In this document: positions 61,073 through 61,126 of the stretch, in pieces
Layout of the letters: each line of letters starts with the position of its first letter
How positions within the stretch are numbered: position 1 is the stretch's first letter
Assembly: GCA_964243455.1 (NCBI GenBank)
Contig: CAXTGN010000001.1
Span: 1-61,126, forward strand
Source of the DNA: an uncultured Acidobacteriaceae bacterium
GTDB taxonomy: Bacteria; Acidobacteriota; Terriglobia; Terriglobales; Acidobacteriaceae
Length of the DNA: 61,126 bases
Direction: 5' to 3'
The notes under the pieces: model-generated
The model's input: the letters and a program-made list of their open reading frames with translations, nothing else
Databases searched by the model: none
What the model was told of the DNA's origin: nothing
Made by a program: the position numbers and the translations under genes

Positions 61073-61126
61073 GCTGGCTGTTGCGCTGCCGCTCACGCGC
61101 CTCGACCACGTTCCACAGCGTGCCGC

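Noticed and set aside
61073-61126. Terminal direct repeat as a biological LTR or phage end
   Set aside because: It is an exact 54-bp overlap in the middle of an ORF, typical of assembler circularisation.

Overview
This looks like a complete, circular, high-GC alphaproteobacterial conjugative plasmid of about 61,072 bp; bases 1-54 repeat exactly at 61073-61126. The Acetobacteraceae-like host is an inference from gene style. All protein calls come from motif reading and recalled family knowledge; no database searches were run. Backbone: stand-alone repC, a korA-like gene plus a full virB1-virB11 operon with a Ti-type traG/virD4 coupling gene, and a MOBF relaxase-helicase-primase fusion. Next to the relaxase is an oriT-like region with seven phased 11-bp repeats, followed by stbABC-like genes. 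Probable leading region: RHH-ParA, a DUF6516 toxin-antitoxin pair, DUF932, small unknown ORFs, and LexA-controlled umuDC. Cargo: (1) a low-GC five-gene operon (ParA, unknown, HEPN-like, two small ORFs); (2) a DUF488 pair and yeeABC restriction-like genes between two serine resolvases; (3) a ~12-kb stress-signalling island with a CheB-CheR-HWE kinase, twin GAF kinases, twin Crp/Fnr genes, receivers and DUF892; (4) a 522-bp deleted Tn5053/Tn7-like element. Best candidates for undescribed biology: the ParA-X-HEPN-like operon, a structured RNA leader shared by both Crp genes, an intact but catalytically dead MOBQ relaxase, a UmuD lacking its Ser-Lys dyad, and a stand-alone PilB/GspE N2-like domain.
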